A DNA stretch of 64,000 nt from Gemmatimonadota bacterium (lineage in GTDB: Bacteria > Latescibacterota > UBA2968): assembly GCA_002727195.1 (NCBI GenBank), contig PBWH01000023.1, positions 72,268 through 136,267 on the forward strand, written 5' to 3'. Below the pieces are notes generated by a model. The model searched no databases. It was not told where the DNA came from and saw only the letters and a list, made by a program, of their open reading frames with translations. Position numbers and translations under genes: made by a program. This document shows, piece after piece, positions 10,097 through 19,675 of the stretch (position 1 is its first letter; each line of letters starts with the position of its first letter).

Positions 10097-10769
10097 AGAC
10101 AGAGGTCGGCGATCCCCGTGTCATCGTGTCAGCACGATCCGGATCGAGAACGAGGGAGTCGTGGATCTGGAGGTCAGTCACATCCAGACGGATGTGACTG
10201 ACCTTACACTAGACCAGACCAGCTTGACGCTCGCTCCAGGGGCAACCGCCGACGCGATCGTGAAACTCGTTCCCTCGGCTGAGGGTACGGTCTCGGGCGA
10301 GGTGTCCTTCCAGGCAAACGATCCTGAGCAGCGCTCCGTGGTCATTCCCCTGACAGAGATCCTGGTCGAGGGTGGATTGCCCGTTGCTGTGACGGTGGCT
10401 GAATCGAACCTGTCGCTCGGTGACATCGACATCACGCGGACGGGTTCCGGGGTCTTGACGATCCGGAACGATGGTAAGGGTCCGCTCCTGATCAGTAGTA
10501 TCGAGTCTGATCTGTCCGGGGTCAGCTTTTCGATGACCGTACTCGGCTTGCAGCCCGGTTCTACGCAGACTGTGACGGTGACCGTAGGTCCGAACGCAGA
10601 AGGCGCGTTCAACGGGACGATCAACGTGTTGAGCAATGACTCGAATCAGGCCTTGCTCTCGATTCCGTTTTTGGGAACTGGAATCGTGATATCCGTCGAT
10701 CCTCGCGTCGACTTTGACGGGCCGACCGTGATCGACTTTGGAGACTTTCTTCGTGGGCAGATCCGGTGA
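10093..10769 (+). pseudogene. cell-surface Ig-like (HYDIN/ASH-type) tandem-domain protein with a degenerate dockerin/EF-hand-like tail; 5' frameshift
   Basis: ATG at 10093 overlaps the redoxin stop as ATGA and encodes MKTEVGDPRVIVS. The domain then continues in another frame (STIRIENEGVVDLEVSHIQTD..., ORF 10161..10769), consistent with a 1-nt deletion near 10125-10132. The C-terminus is DFDGPTVIDFGDFL. Confidence 0.55.
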
Positions 10770-10783
10770 GGGCCAGCGGTCAG

Positions 10784-11401
10784 CTAGAACTGCCAGCCGC
10801 TGTAGGTGAAGGCAGTGGCTACGGGCTCGTCGCCGTCGGATTCGATTTTGTCCAGCAGCGCAAGGAGGCGAGGCCTGTAGCTCTCTTCCACTTCGATTTC
10901 GTTCTCTAACTTCGCGCCTTCTTCCAGGAAGTGCTTGAGGTCTCGTCCCAGTTCACGTCCCTTGACCGTATGCTTGTCGATGGCAAAGTCAGGGATTTCG
11001 GGGAGACGGCCGTGGGCGAACTCGATCTTAACGATGTTCTTCAGGTTGTCACTCGTCCGGTCTTTTTTGGCAGCACTCAGGTAACGGATGGCGTGGACGA
11101 AGAAGAGCGGACGATCGCCGTCAGCATACGGGAAATTCTGACGCATCTGGTTGAGTGTGTTGATCAGGACTGGCGCGCTCAAGTCCCCGAATCCGACGTC
11201 CTCGACCGAGATGGCCTGCAGACGCCGCCAGAGCTTGTCCTCGAACTGCTCGCTCGTGATATACATCTCGTAGGCGAACGTGACCGCCTCTTCTGTCAGG
11301 CCACGTCGGATCGATTTCTGCAGGGCCGAGATGACCAGGTCACCCTCTAGGCCGTTTCGGGTGGTCGTCATCGCCCAGGGATCGTATACGTCTGCGCTCA
11401 T
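10784..11401 (-). CDS. stand-alone MgsA_C-like domain protein (C-terminal domain of the MgsA/RarA AAA+ family, with no ATPase domain)
   Basis: ORF 10784..11599; the likely start is ATG 11401 (MSADVYDPW). ISALQKSIRRG...LWRRLQAISVEDVGFGDLSAPVLI...FFVHAIRYLSAAKKDRTSDN parallels the MgsA_C consensus (SAxxKSIRGSD...RRLxxxAsEDIGxAdPxAL...yLAxaPKSN). Stop is TAG. Confidence 0.6.
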   Translation of the reverse strand: MSADVYDPWAMTTTRNGLEGDLVISALQKSIRRGLTEEAVTFAYEMYITSEQFEDKLWRRLQAISVEDVGFGDLSAPVLINTLNQMRQNFPYADGDRPLFFVHAIRYLSAAKKDRTSDNLKNIVKIEFAHGRLPEIPDFAIDKHTVKGRELGRDLKHFLEEGAKLENEIEVEESYRPRLLALLDKIESDGDEPVATAFTYSGWQF

Positions 11402-11534
11402 TCCGTCCTCTCTATGCTTGGTTGGTTGCCGTGTCAGGTTTCGTTTAGGGATCGGGCATTTAGGTCTGCGCTTCAGGACTAATCTGAATTTTTTCTGTCT
11501 GCTCGAGAGATTGCCCCAGGAACGTGAAACGTCC

Positions 11535-11852
11535 CTACCTGAGCTCGAGCGAGGCCCACACTGGTGCGTGGTCCGACATTGGCCTGGACAGTTCGACAAT
11601 GCCCTGGTCGGTAGTGGCTTTGACGAGAACCGTCTGGCTGTGGCCCTTGAAGCCGGAGGGACTGGCGTAGTCGAGCCGTGTGCCGATCCTGTCGCGATCG
11701 TAGGTCAGCCCCATCGGTGGCATCTCGATGAAGGCATCGGTGGGGTCCAGGCTGACAGGCGTGCGGATCCCGAGGGGTTCTACGCTCGTGATCTCGAGCG
11801 TGCCGACACCACGGGAGGCGTCCTCGACCAACCTGTCTTGTGCATCTGACAT
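11535..11852 (-). pseudogene. endonuclease/exonuclease/phosphatase (EEP) family C-terminal remnant
   Basis: The 105-aa ORF ends ...RLDYASPS...SRPMSDHAPVWASLELR, the typical EEP C-terminal SDH-P motif. The catalytic N-terminal two thirds are absent. Confidence 0.4.
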
Positions 11853-11861
11853 CGTACTCCC

Positions 11862-12929
11862 TTATGCGTAGACGGCCTGGATCATGGCGTTGATGTAGCC
11901 GAAGCAGTAAGCGTAGGACTGGTAATACCCTTTCGGATCCTCCTCCGTTCGCGGGACATGATCGGGATCGATGCCGTAGCAGTATCCCACACCTTTCAGG
12001 GCCTTGAGCACCTGGAAGAAGTCCATGTCGCCTTCGTCAGGCAGCGCCTCTCGGAAGCTGTATCGCTCGCCCATCAGGTTGCGGTAGTGGACGAGGAAGA
12101 TGGTATCTCGGCTGCCGAAGTACTCGATGAACGGGAAAACTTCGGTCGCCGAATCCTCCAGCATCTCCGCGATCGAACCGACGCAGAAGTTCCAGCCATG
12201 GTAGGGGCTGCGCTGGATCTCGATGAATCGCTTCATCCCTTCGAAGTCATTCAGCACCTTGTCGACGCCCTTGTAACCGGGAGGCGTTGGTGGGTCCTCC
12301 TGCGAATTCCCCACGCGGACCTTGAACTCTTCGGCGACGGGAACCATCCGCTCGAGCAGGTATTCGATCCGCTCCCAATGCATTTCGGCAGTGACGCGTC
12401 CGGCATCGGTGAGCGCCTTCTGTTCTTCCTTGGAGATCTTGTCCAGCCGGAATGCCGTGTGGTAATAGCCGCCGCGGCCCTCCTCTGGCTCCGTCCGGTC
12501 TATCGGGAGGATACACGTGTTGTAACGCAGCGAGTCGATGCCTGCTCGTGCGGCGGTGCGGATCATCTCGCAGACGAGATCGATTTCGCGATCCCGTTCC
12601 GGGCTCTTGCCATAGTAGATGATGTTAGGGAGGTGCTCGTATATCGGGAGTGAGCTCATGTCGAGCGTCATCCCGAACGATTCGTGATGTTCCCGTTCCT
12701 TGATCAGCTCGTCGAGGTCCCAGCCTTTTCCTTCGTGGAACGGGAATCGGGCGGCCTTGTGCTTAACGCCGCATCGCTGCAGGAACCTAAGTTCCGCGTC
12801 GGTGGACCCGAATCCCTGCGTGCGTACATACATTCGACCTTCGGTAGATAATTCCGACGGAGTGCCCCCCGCAGCTGAAGCCGCAGCCTCTCCGGACGCC
12901 AACCCTTTCTCAAATTCAGATTCTGACAT
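11862..12929 (-). CDS. uxuA: mannonate dehydratase (UxuA family, xylose-isomerase-like TIM barrel)
   Basis: ORF 11862..12929. MYVRTQGFGSTDAELRFLQRCGV... and the C-terminal DPDHVP...YAYCFGYINAMIQAV resemble UxuA. An alternative start is ATG 12833 (GAAGG upstream); the first 32 codons are low complexity. Stop is TAA. Confidence 0.75.
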   Translation of the reverse strand: MSESEFEKGLASGEAAASAAGGTPSELSTEGRMYVRTQGFGSTDAELRFLQRCGVKHKAARFPFHEGKGWDLDELIKEREHHESFGMTLDMSSLPIYEHLPNIIYYGKSPERDREIDLVCEMIRTAARAGIDSLRYNTCILPIDRTEPEEGRGGYYHTAFRLDKISKEEQKALTDAGRVTAEMHWERIEYLLERMVPVAEEFKVRVGNSQEDPPTPPGYKGVDKVLNDFEGMKRFIEIQRSPYHGWNFCVGSIAEMLEDSATEVFPFIEYFGSRDTIFLVHYRNLMGERYSFREALPDEGDMDFFQVLKALKGVGYCYGIDPDHVPRTEEDPKGYYQSYAYCFGYINAMIQAVYA

Positions 12930-13174
12930 GTGCTCCTCCGTATCGTCGTTTGTGTCTCTTGTCTTTTTCGTCTGTGTTGCCCAGAGCTCGACGTCGGCGC
13001 AGGAAGGCGAGCTTCCTCAAGTCGACGACCTGATCCGTTTCGTCTACAATCTCGTGCCCGATGAGTTCCTCGAGCACGTCCTCCAACGTCACGAGGCTCG
13101 CGAAGACGCCGTATTCGTCGATGGCGATGAACATCTGCTCCTGAAGCCTGAGAAAGCGCCGGAATGGTCGTCGC
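12916..13174 (-). pseudogene. CNNM/CorC-HlyC family (CBS-domain transporter) internal fragment
   Basis: Only ...MFIAIDEYGVFASLVTLEDVLEELIGHEIVDETDQV... is recognisable (the hallmark DEYGG..G.VTLEDxxEExxGEIxDE). There are no DUF21 membrane domain and no CorC C-terminus. It is wedged between the GT39 stop and the uxuA start. Confidence 0.6.
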
Positions 13175-15283
13175 TTACAGAGACCGAATACGCTCGTGGT
13201 TCGGGTAGAGTGCCTTGAGGCGCACGATGAATGCGTCCGCGTCCGGGTGCCCAAGGCCCTGCATCATCATCGCCTGAAGCGCCAGACCATCGATGTCATT
13301 CGGATGGGTCTCCACATATTTCGCGCTCAGCGGTAGCCCTCGCTCAAATTGACCCGATCCCCACAGTGCAACAAGCCAATTCTTGGTGGAGGTCTGGTCA
13401 CTGTGTCCAGCCACAAGCTGCTCGAGAATGGTAGCTGCGAGTCCAAATTCGCCCCTGCGTATGGCCTCTTCAGCTAAGGCGTTCATCTGGTCGGGATCGT
13501 CAGTCGCTTCCAGGCCTCCGTGCGTTGCAATCGACAGGATGGCGGCTTTTGCCCGCGCTTTTATTACGTCGTCGGGACGATCCACGCGAGCAGCCGACTC
13601 TGCGTATTGGCCGTAGCGATAGATGGCCAGGGGGAGATCGCCGTTTTTTTCGGCATACGGCGCCGATCGAGAGAAGACCCAGAGGCGATCGATATCGACG
13701 AACCGTTTAGGCTCGAACATCGGGTCCTCTGCGTAGGTGGAGTCTGGGCGGATGACATAGAGCAGCTCGGCCTCCCCGGCGCGGACGATATGTACCGGTT
13801 CGCCCGGTATCACGAGGTGGTTGTGAAATCGTACCGATCCGAGGTAGAGATCGGGGTTCTGCCACGACAGGACGGGGAGATGAGTCTCTGATTGCTCCTG
13901 GTCGAAAACGCCACTTGGAAACAGGCCTGTGATCCGAAGCTTCCGTCCCTCAGGTACTGGGTAGTTCTGGGTGATCCACTGGATGCCCTGCTTGTAGCTC
14001 GTCATCCAGTAATCCGAATCGTATCGTGTCCAGTTCCTGTCCAGAGTGCCGGAGGCGTGGTTGAAGTAGGACGTTTGGAACGGATGGAGACGGATCATCT
14101 CGACCGCTGGCAGCGATAGCGCCAGTACGACCAGTGCACGGAACGCTAACCTCGAGCGAGGCACAACCAGCAGCCGGTCGAGGCTGACGAGGCCGATTCC
14201 TGACAGTATGACCAGGGGCGGGATGACGAACAGCATGTGGCGAAGTCCGTCGTAAAGCGGTGTCTTGTTAAACAGCGCGTAGGCGCAGGGGAAGGCGAAT
14301 CCCACAACGAGCATCGACATCAGACCTGCGTTTTGGCTGCGACGTCCGAACCGATAGCGCGCGACGATCAGTGCGATCACGCCGATCCAGACTGCCTCGG
14401 GGAGCCCGATCAACAGCCAGGTCGGTATGTAGCTAACCGGAAGGTCCAGGCTGTCGATATACTCGCCCTCAAACAGACTGTGATGGTTCTCGTCGAACCG
14501 TGAGAACAACCTGATCGCGGTGATCGGACCCGAAAGTGGATTGACCTGTGCCCACGGCCAGAAAAGGACCATCGTCGTGTAGGCGACCCCGAATCCGGCG
14601 AGGCCCTGCAGGATGGTCCGAAGGGGGAGGCCACGGGACTTGAGAGTAGGGAGAAGCGTGATCGTGGATGCCACAAACCAGTAGGCGAACAGTATGACGC
14701 CGTTTACGCGGATGGCGAGGGTCAGTCCGATGGACAGCCCGGTCAGGAGCGTCGTCCGCAGCGAAGGGTGCGGCATCTCCTGGCCGTGACGAATGATGCA
14801 ATACAGGCTCCACAGGTAACCGACGGCGAATGGCAGATCCTTCGGGTTGTTGAAGGTGTGTCCGTAGTATCGGGGCGTCAGGATCAGCATCAGGGCACAG
14901 AGCAGCCCTGCGGGCATCCCGCCGAACATCACGCCGAGACGATACGCGGCCAGGACGCCCAGGATGCCGATCACCGAATTGAGGAGATGACGGGTTTCGT
15001 AGTGGGGGAGCGGAGAGAGGTCGACAGCTGCGGTAGCCAGTGTCTCGAAAAGTCCGCCGTAGAGCCACGTCCGGCCCGGTGCCGAAAGGACACCGCGATC
15101 TTGGAAGCCAGAGCAATACCAATCGAGGAGATGGCGCCCGTACTCGGCCTGTGTAGGTTCGTCTATCGAGATGCCGTAGTCCTGGAAGGTACCGACGACG
15201 AGGATCGTATAGAGCAGGAAGAACAGAAGAACGCCTCTGCGGGCGTCGTCTGCGGAGGTGACGCGTTGTGTCGATTCTTTCAT
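13175..15283 (-). CDS. GT39/PMT_2-type (ArnT-like) membrane glycosyltransferase with a C-terminal TPR-like domain
   Basis: 702-aa ORF with more than 10 predicted TM segments. The N-terminal loop is QDYGISIDEPTQAEYG. The soluble C-terminal half is helical-repeat rich. Stop is TAA. Confidence 0.75.
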   Translation of the reverse strand: MKESTQRVTSADDARRGVLLFFLLYTILVVGTFQDYGISIDEPTQAEYGRHLLDWYCSGFQDRGVLSAPGRTWLYGGLFETLATAAVDLSPLPHYETRHLLNSVIGILGVLAAYRLGVMFGGMPAGLLCALMLILTPRYYGHTFNNPKDLPFAVGYLWSLYCIIRHGQEMPHPSLRTTLLTGLSIGLTLAIRVNGVILFAYWFVASTITLLPTLKSRGLPLRTILQGLAGFGVAYTTMVLFWPWAQVNPLSGPITAIRLFSRFDENHHSLFEGEYIDSLDLPVSYIPTWLLIGLPEAVWIGVIALIVARYRFGRRSQNAGLMSMLVVGFAFPCAYALFNKTPLYDGLRHMLFVIPPLVILSGIGLVSLDRLLVVPRSRLAFRALVVLALSLPAVEMIRLHPFQTSYFNHASGTLDRNWTRYDSDYWMTSYKQGIQWITQNYPVPEGRKLRITGLFPSGVFDQEQSETHLPVLSWQNPDLYLGSVRFHNHLVIPGEPVHIVRAGEAELLYVIRPDSTYAEDPMFEPKRFVDIDRLWVFSRSAPYAEKNGDLPLAIYRYGQYAESAARVDRPDDVIKARAKAAILSIATHGGLEATDDPDQMNALAEEAIRRGEFGLAATILEQLVAGHSDQTSTKNWLVALWGSGQFERGLPLSAKYVETHPNDIDGLALQAMMMQGLGHPDADAFIVRLKALYPNHERIRSL

Positions 15284-15438
15284 GTCGTCAGTTGGTGAAA
15301 AGCTCAGCCAGTTGTTTGCCTGGGAGAATCGCGTGGTCAGGGACGGTTCGAGTCACTAAATCAAAAGTAACAAACTTCAGTACGAGAGCCCGACCCGTCA
15401 ACCTGGGAAGCGGATGTGCTTCGGAACCCGCGGGCTGA

Positions 15439-15976
15439 CCGGTCGTCGAGTTTGCATTGGAATCGAACGCGGCATTACTTCCGAACGGAATCAGCAATCC
15501 GCGTGTGACCGCTCACCCGGCGTCAACGATGGATATCTTCTCGACGCTCGTCGACGTCTGCGGTCTCGATGCAACCTTCCCGATCGAGCCTCAGGATGGA
15601 CGAAGTATTTTTCCTCTGTTCAGCGAGGAAATCGGTGAGCGAGAGACGTCGATTCCGTTCCGGTATTCGGGGTGGAGGCACGCTGATCGATAAAGATTTC
15701 GAAGTCGTGATGGAGAAGGTGAACGAGGATGCCGTCGAGTTCTACAACCTGGCCGTTTCACAGCCCGAGATTGCCGATCAAATGACGCAGACGCTGAAAG
15801 AGTGAAGTCTTTCGGTGGACCGAAGCCTGCAAGAGAAGGATTATCCCGAAGGGTCCATAACGATTCCGAGTCCGGAGCGCCGGCAGTGGATGCTCGACCC
15901 TCCGTATGCCGTCCTGATAGAGGAGTGGAAAGACCGTGCAGAGTTCCGGACACGTTACGAGGCCCTGAAAGGCTGA
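15439..15976 (+). pseudogene. sulfatase C-terminal remnant (frameshift plus in-frame TGA)
   Basis: ...HPASTMDIFSTLVDVCGLDATFPIEPQDGRSIFPLF... is the sulfatase C-domain. A frameshift near 15680 leads to ...FEVVMEKVNEDAVEFYNL...MTQTLKE, then TGA (15803-15805), then SLSVDRSLQEKDYPEG...YEALKG ending at TGA 15976. The N-terminal catalytic domain is missing. Confidence 0.65.
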
Positions 15977-15980
15977 GGCG

Positions 15981-16970
15981 ATGGGATTTGATCCGCTGAC
16001 AGCGGTGCATTACCAGGAGACGGATCCGGGAATCACCTTCCGTAAGGACACGACGATCGCGGTGGATGTGGATCACTTACTTGATTCAGAGCGCATCCTG
16101 ACGCCGAATGTTCTCCACCTCCCTGCAGGCGGGTATCGGATGTACTACACGGGGCTCGGTCCAGGTCGTCGTGACCCGGATGCGCTTGGATACATCCTGA
16201 GCGCGTTTTCCGAAGATGCCAAGATATGGCAGAAGGATTCGGGCGTACGGGTCGACCTGTTCCCGCCGCACGCATCTGCAAGAACGCTGTGTCCGGACGT
16301 GATCCCGTTGGTAGGGGGCGGGTATCGCATGTACTTCGAGGCAAGATCGCACGCACCCGATTCTACCGGCGACCGATCCTTTGGGCCGGCGAGCCAACCC
16401 ACTGTCATCATGAGTGCCGTGTCAGAAGACGGTCTGGACTGGACGCCCGAAGCTGGTCTCCGTTTCGGTGACGGCAAGTGGTCATACGGCACGCCAAGGG
16501 TGATCTATGTCGAGCTTGGCGGGACCATCGGCTACCGGATGTACTTTCACCGTTACACGCACCCGTTGACGCTAGGGCTCGAGGCCGGGAACCACATCAT
16601 CAGCGCCATGTCGTCAGATGGACTCACGTTCGAGGAAGAGTCGGGTGTTAGGGTTGCACAGGAGACGGAGCGAGAGACCTATTCGGTCTACGCACCCGAG
16701 GTCGTTCGGTTGGAAGACGGCAGCTATCGGATGTACTACTCGGGATGGAGCGAGACGGTTCGAGGTGGGATCTTTACGGCGACATCAGAAGATGGGCTGT
16801 CGTGGGATAAGCGTTCGGAGCCGGTGATCGATCTGGGCGCGGGAGGATGGGACAGTACGATGGTGTCGGAGCCGTGTGTGATCGACCTCGAAGATGGGCG
16901 GTCCCGATTGTTCTACGAGTGCGCCGATGAGAACGAGAATTATCGGATCGTGTCGGCCACGTCTGTGTAG
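15981..16970 (+). CDS. five-bladed beta-propeller glycoside-hydrolase-like protein (GH43/GH32/GH130-like fold), paralog 1
   Basis: 329-aa ORF with a repeated blade signature ...GGYRMYY/YRMYF.... SxDG-type motifs are present (SEDGLDW, SSDGLTF, SEDGLSW). No signal peptide. Stop is TAG. Confidence 0.6.
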   Translation: MGFDPLTAVHYQETDPGITFRKDTTIAVDVDHLLDSERILTPNVLHLPAGGYRMYYTGLGPGRRDPDALGYILSAFSEDAKIWQKDSGVRVDLFPPHASARTLCPDVIPLVGGGYRMYFEARSHAPDSTGDRSFGPASQPTVIMSAVSEDGLDWTPEAGLRFGDGKWSYGTPRVIYVELGGTIGYRMYFHRYTHPLTLGLEAGNHIISAMSSDGLTFEEESGVRVAQETERETYSVYAPEVVRLEDGSYRMYYSGWSETVRGGIFTATSEDGLSWDKRSEPVIDLGAGGWDSTMVSEPCVIDLEDGRSRLFYECADENENYRIVSATSV

Positions 16971-17040
16971 ATACAAGTGGCGGATTCTGACATCACCCAG
17001 GTCCGAGCCTGGCGACGAGAGCCCGCAGTATGTCAGAAGA

Positions 17041-17056
17041 GCCGACCTCTGTCGGC
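17041..17056. terminator. GC hairpin in the convergent gap (GCCGAC-ctct-GTCGGC), next to a 9-bp inverted repeat at 16985-16993 / 17030-17038
   Basis: The perfect 6-bp stem is followed on the minus strand by TCTTCTG, downstream of sdaA. TTCTGACAT and ATGTCAGAA form a nested inverted repeat. No strong U-tract on the plus strand. Confidence 0.3.
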
Positions 17057-17133
17057 CCGGTGAGGGCCAGGATCGACTAGCGGCTCAGCCTGATGATTCG
17101 TGCTGCCCCTGTCCGCTTGCTACCAAGGAACAA

Positions 17134-18687
17134 TCAGGGACCCTCGATCTCACCGAGTTTCGACTCGATCGCCTTGGCCGCTGGCGTGATCGACAAACCT
17201 CCCAGTGACGTGCACCGCAACTCCGGCACAATACTCGATCCCACCTTGTCCATCGTGTCGATGACCTGATCGAGCGGGATGAGGTGGTCATAGTCGGCCA
17301 GGGCCATGTTCGTGCAGGAGAGCGCATTGGTGGCCGCCTGTACGTTCCGCCCGAGGCAGGGCGCCTCGACGCGGTTGCCGATCGGGTCGCAGATCATACC
17401 GAGCGAGTTCTGGAGCGCCATAGAGGCCGCTGCCAGAGACTGTTCGAACGTGCCACCTGACAGGCTCGTGATCGCCGCCGCAGCCATCCCTGACCCAGAT
17501 CCACATTCCGCCTGGCAGCCGCCGACCTCAGCCGCGAACGTGGCGTTGGTCGCGATGAACACGCCGATCAGGCCGGCGATCAGCATCGCCCGAACGATTT
17601 CCTCCCGGTCGTGTCCTTCACCCACGCCCAACACCGCTCCGGGCAGTGCGCCGCACGATCCGGCCGTCGGGGCCGCCACGATCACGCCCATCGAGCTCTT
17701 TACCTCCATGATTGCACTCGTGTACATGATCACCCGGTTGAATGTATCACCCTCTATCAACCGCTTCTCTTTCATCTGCCGCTCGAAGTTGGGGGACTGG
17801 CTGCCCAGGATTCGATCGGTATACGCAGTGCCCTCAAGCCCACGATCGACTGCTGCTCGCATGATGTAGACGATGTCTCCCATCTTTGCGACCACCTGGC
17901 CCACCGATAGACCGCTGCGCTCGCTTTCGTAAGCCGCCGCCAGTTCCCAAAGCGCCAACCCATGCTCCTCGTTGTAGGCGAGCATTTCATCGCAGGAGGT
18001 GAACGGGACGCTGAGGTCCTTGCGTGAAAGGACGGGTAGCACGGGAGACAGTTTTCGGATGGCTGTGACCCCCTCCAGATCGGCCAACGCGTCGAGCTGT
18101 GTGTCATCGGGGAAGTCGCGAGACTTGATCTCAAGGATGGGGGTTGGGCCGTCGCACGAGACGAGCTCGTCGAACGCAATCGTCTGCTCGATCGCCTCCC
18201 TTACACGAGCCGGAACGGTCACGAATACCAGCGTCTCACAGTAGTCACCGGCCATTGAGAGGGATGTGCCGTCGATCTCGATCACTTCAATCATTCCGCC
18301 GCCTGTAGAGATCGCGACGACCCGATGGCGCGTGTCATTGTTCTTCAGCGTGATCTTGTAGGTGTTGGGATGCGAGAACCCGATGTCGACGATGTCGATC
18401 TTCACGTCTATCCCGGCCTCTCGCAGGGCCTTCTCTGACTCGGGTAGCCGCTCGTCGTGTGCCTCCCACCCCAGGAACCCTCCAAACAGTCCTATGTCGG
18501 AGCCCTGACCGTCGTGCGTGGTCGCCAGCGATCCTTTTGGGTCGAACTCGATCAGGACCTCGTCGATCGTGCCTTCCATCAGGTCGCGGCACAGCCGACC
18601 GATCCTCAGCGCCGCCGCGCAATGCGAGCTGGATGGGCCGCGCATGACGGGACCAATCACATCGTTGAAAATGCTCGGGTAGCTCAT
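17134..18687 (-). CDS. sdaA: L-serine ammonia-lyase, iron-sulfur dependent, single chain (fused beta and alpha domains)
   Basis: 517-aa ORF. The N-terminus SIFNDVIGPVMRGPSSSHCAAALRIG and the alpha-domain segment AAPTAGSCGALPGAV...GGCQAECGSGSGMAAA are diagnostic. Confidence 0.9.
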   Translation of the reverse strand: MSYPSIFNDVIGPVMRGPSSSHCAAALRIGRLCRDLMEGTIDEVLIEFDPKGSLATTHDGQGSDIGLFGGFLGWEAHDERLPESEKALREAGIDVKIDIVDIGFSHPNTYKITLKNNDTRHRVVAISTGGGMIEVIEIDGTSLSMAGDYCETLVFVTVPARVREAIEQTIAFDELVSCDGPTPILEIKSRDFPDDTQLDALADLEGVTAIRKLSPVLPVLSRKDLSVPFTSCDEMLAYNEEHGLALWELAAAYESERSGLSVGQVVAKMGDIVYIMRAAVDRGLEGTAYTDRILGSQSPNFERQMKEKRLIEGDTFNRVIMYTSAIMEVKSSMGVIVAAPTAGSCGALPGAVLGVGEGHDREEIVRAMLIAGLIGVFIATNATFAAEVGGCQAECGSGSGMAAAAITSLSGGTFEQSLAAASMALQNSLGMICDPIGNRVEAPCLGRNVQAATNALSCTNMALADYDHLIPLDQVIDTMDKVGSSIVPELRCTSLGGLSITPAAKAIESKLGEIEGP

Positions 18688-18700
18688 GGGGTCTCCGGGC

Positions 18701-19657
18701 TCAGCTGGTGACGTAGTCCTTTCCGGACCAGTTAGCCGACCATCGCTTGAATCGTTCCAGTTGGGCCTGTGCCTCCAGCTTTTCGCCTTCGCTCAGCGTC
18801 GCACCAACTGGGCGCTGTTCTTGATACTTCTGCTCGCCGCAGAGGGTGAGTAAGTGCTTGTAGTAGAGGACGAGTCTGGGATCGGCGTCGTAGTCGGCCA
18901 GCGGAAGCAGACGTCGATCGAGTTCCTCGGCCAGTCTCCAGGCCTCGTCGTCGCCTGTGAGCTGAGCGCGTTCGCACAGCCGCCAAAGGTGCATGACCTC
19001 GTCGGGCAGGACGTTGCCGACGCCTGTGATGGCGCCGATCGCGCCGCAAACCAGGACCCCGTGGATGAGGGCGTTGTCGATCCCGACCACGAGGAAGCAG
19101 TCGTCTGAATGGGTGATCAGGCGAGCGGCCAGTGTGAGCGCCTCGGAGCCGCCGCTCTCCTTGAACCCTTTCAGATTCGGATGCTTCTCGCGGAGCTGGA
19201 AAAATTGATCGGCGCCCATCGAGTAGCGGTAGGCAGGCGGGTTGTTGTAGGCGACGGACGGCAGGTCGTCACCTGCGTCGAGAACACGGCTGAAGTGGTC
19301 ATACTGCGCGCTGGCCACCGATCCCATATACAGGACCTCGGGGATGACCATCAGACCGGATGCGCCGGCCTCTTTCGCCTGTCGTGCGTAGTCCGCGGCC
19401 ATATCCGTGTTCGGCGCGCCCGTTCCGACGATGAGCGGTCCCTCAGCGGCAAGGCGAGCGACGCCATCCTTACGCTCTTCCGGTGCCAGCTGCGACCAGT
19501 TTCCCATCGTGCCGGGCCATACCATCGTTTCCATACCTGCTTGGACCAGTCGCTTTCGCTTGTCCAGCAAGGCATCGAAGTTGATCGATCCGTCCTCGTT
19601 GAAGGGTGTCATGATCGCGGGAGCGACACCGGCAAAGGGATTCGTTTCGGTTGTCAT
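18701..19657 (-). CDS. dihydrodipicolinate synthase / N-acetylneuraminate lyase family (class I aldolase-type) protein
   Basis: 318-aa ORF. The N-terminus ...GVAPAIMTPFNEDGSINFDAL... and overall pattern match the DHDPS/NAL family. Specificity is unknown. Confidence 0.75.
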   Translation of the reverse strand: MTTETNPFAGVAPAIMTPFNEDGSINFDALLDKRKRLVQAGMETMVWPGTMGNWSQLAPEERKDGVARLAAEGPLIVGTGAPNTDMAADYARQAKEAGASGLMVIPEVLYMGSVASAQYDHFSRVLDAGDDLPSVAYNNPPAYRYSMGADQFFQLREKHPNLKGFKESGGSEALTLAARLITHSDDCFLVVGIDNALIHGVLVCGAIGAITGVGNVLPDEVMHLWRLCERAQLTGDDEAWRLAEELDRRLLPLADYDADPRLVLYYKHLLTLCGEQKYQEQRPVGATLSEGEKLEAQAQLERFKRWSANWSGKDYVTS

Positions 19658-19675
19658 GTCGTTGTCCTTTCGTCG

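Noticed and set aside
12855-12905. Fourth copy of the dispersed repeat (GCTGCGGCTTCAGCTGCGGGGGG) upstream of the uxuA core
   Set aside because: The similarity is short. The segment may simply encode the low-complexity N-terminal extension of UxuA, since a strong GGAGGAG precedes ATG 12929. A similar weak match at 44740-44790 was also left uncalled.
15330-15375. tRNA-like T-loop sequence (GGTTCGAGTC)
   Set aside because: The flanking bases cannot form a T-stem, acceptor stem or anticodon arm. It is an isolated motif in the GT39 upstream region.
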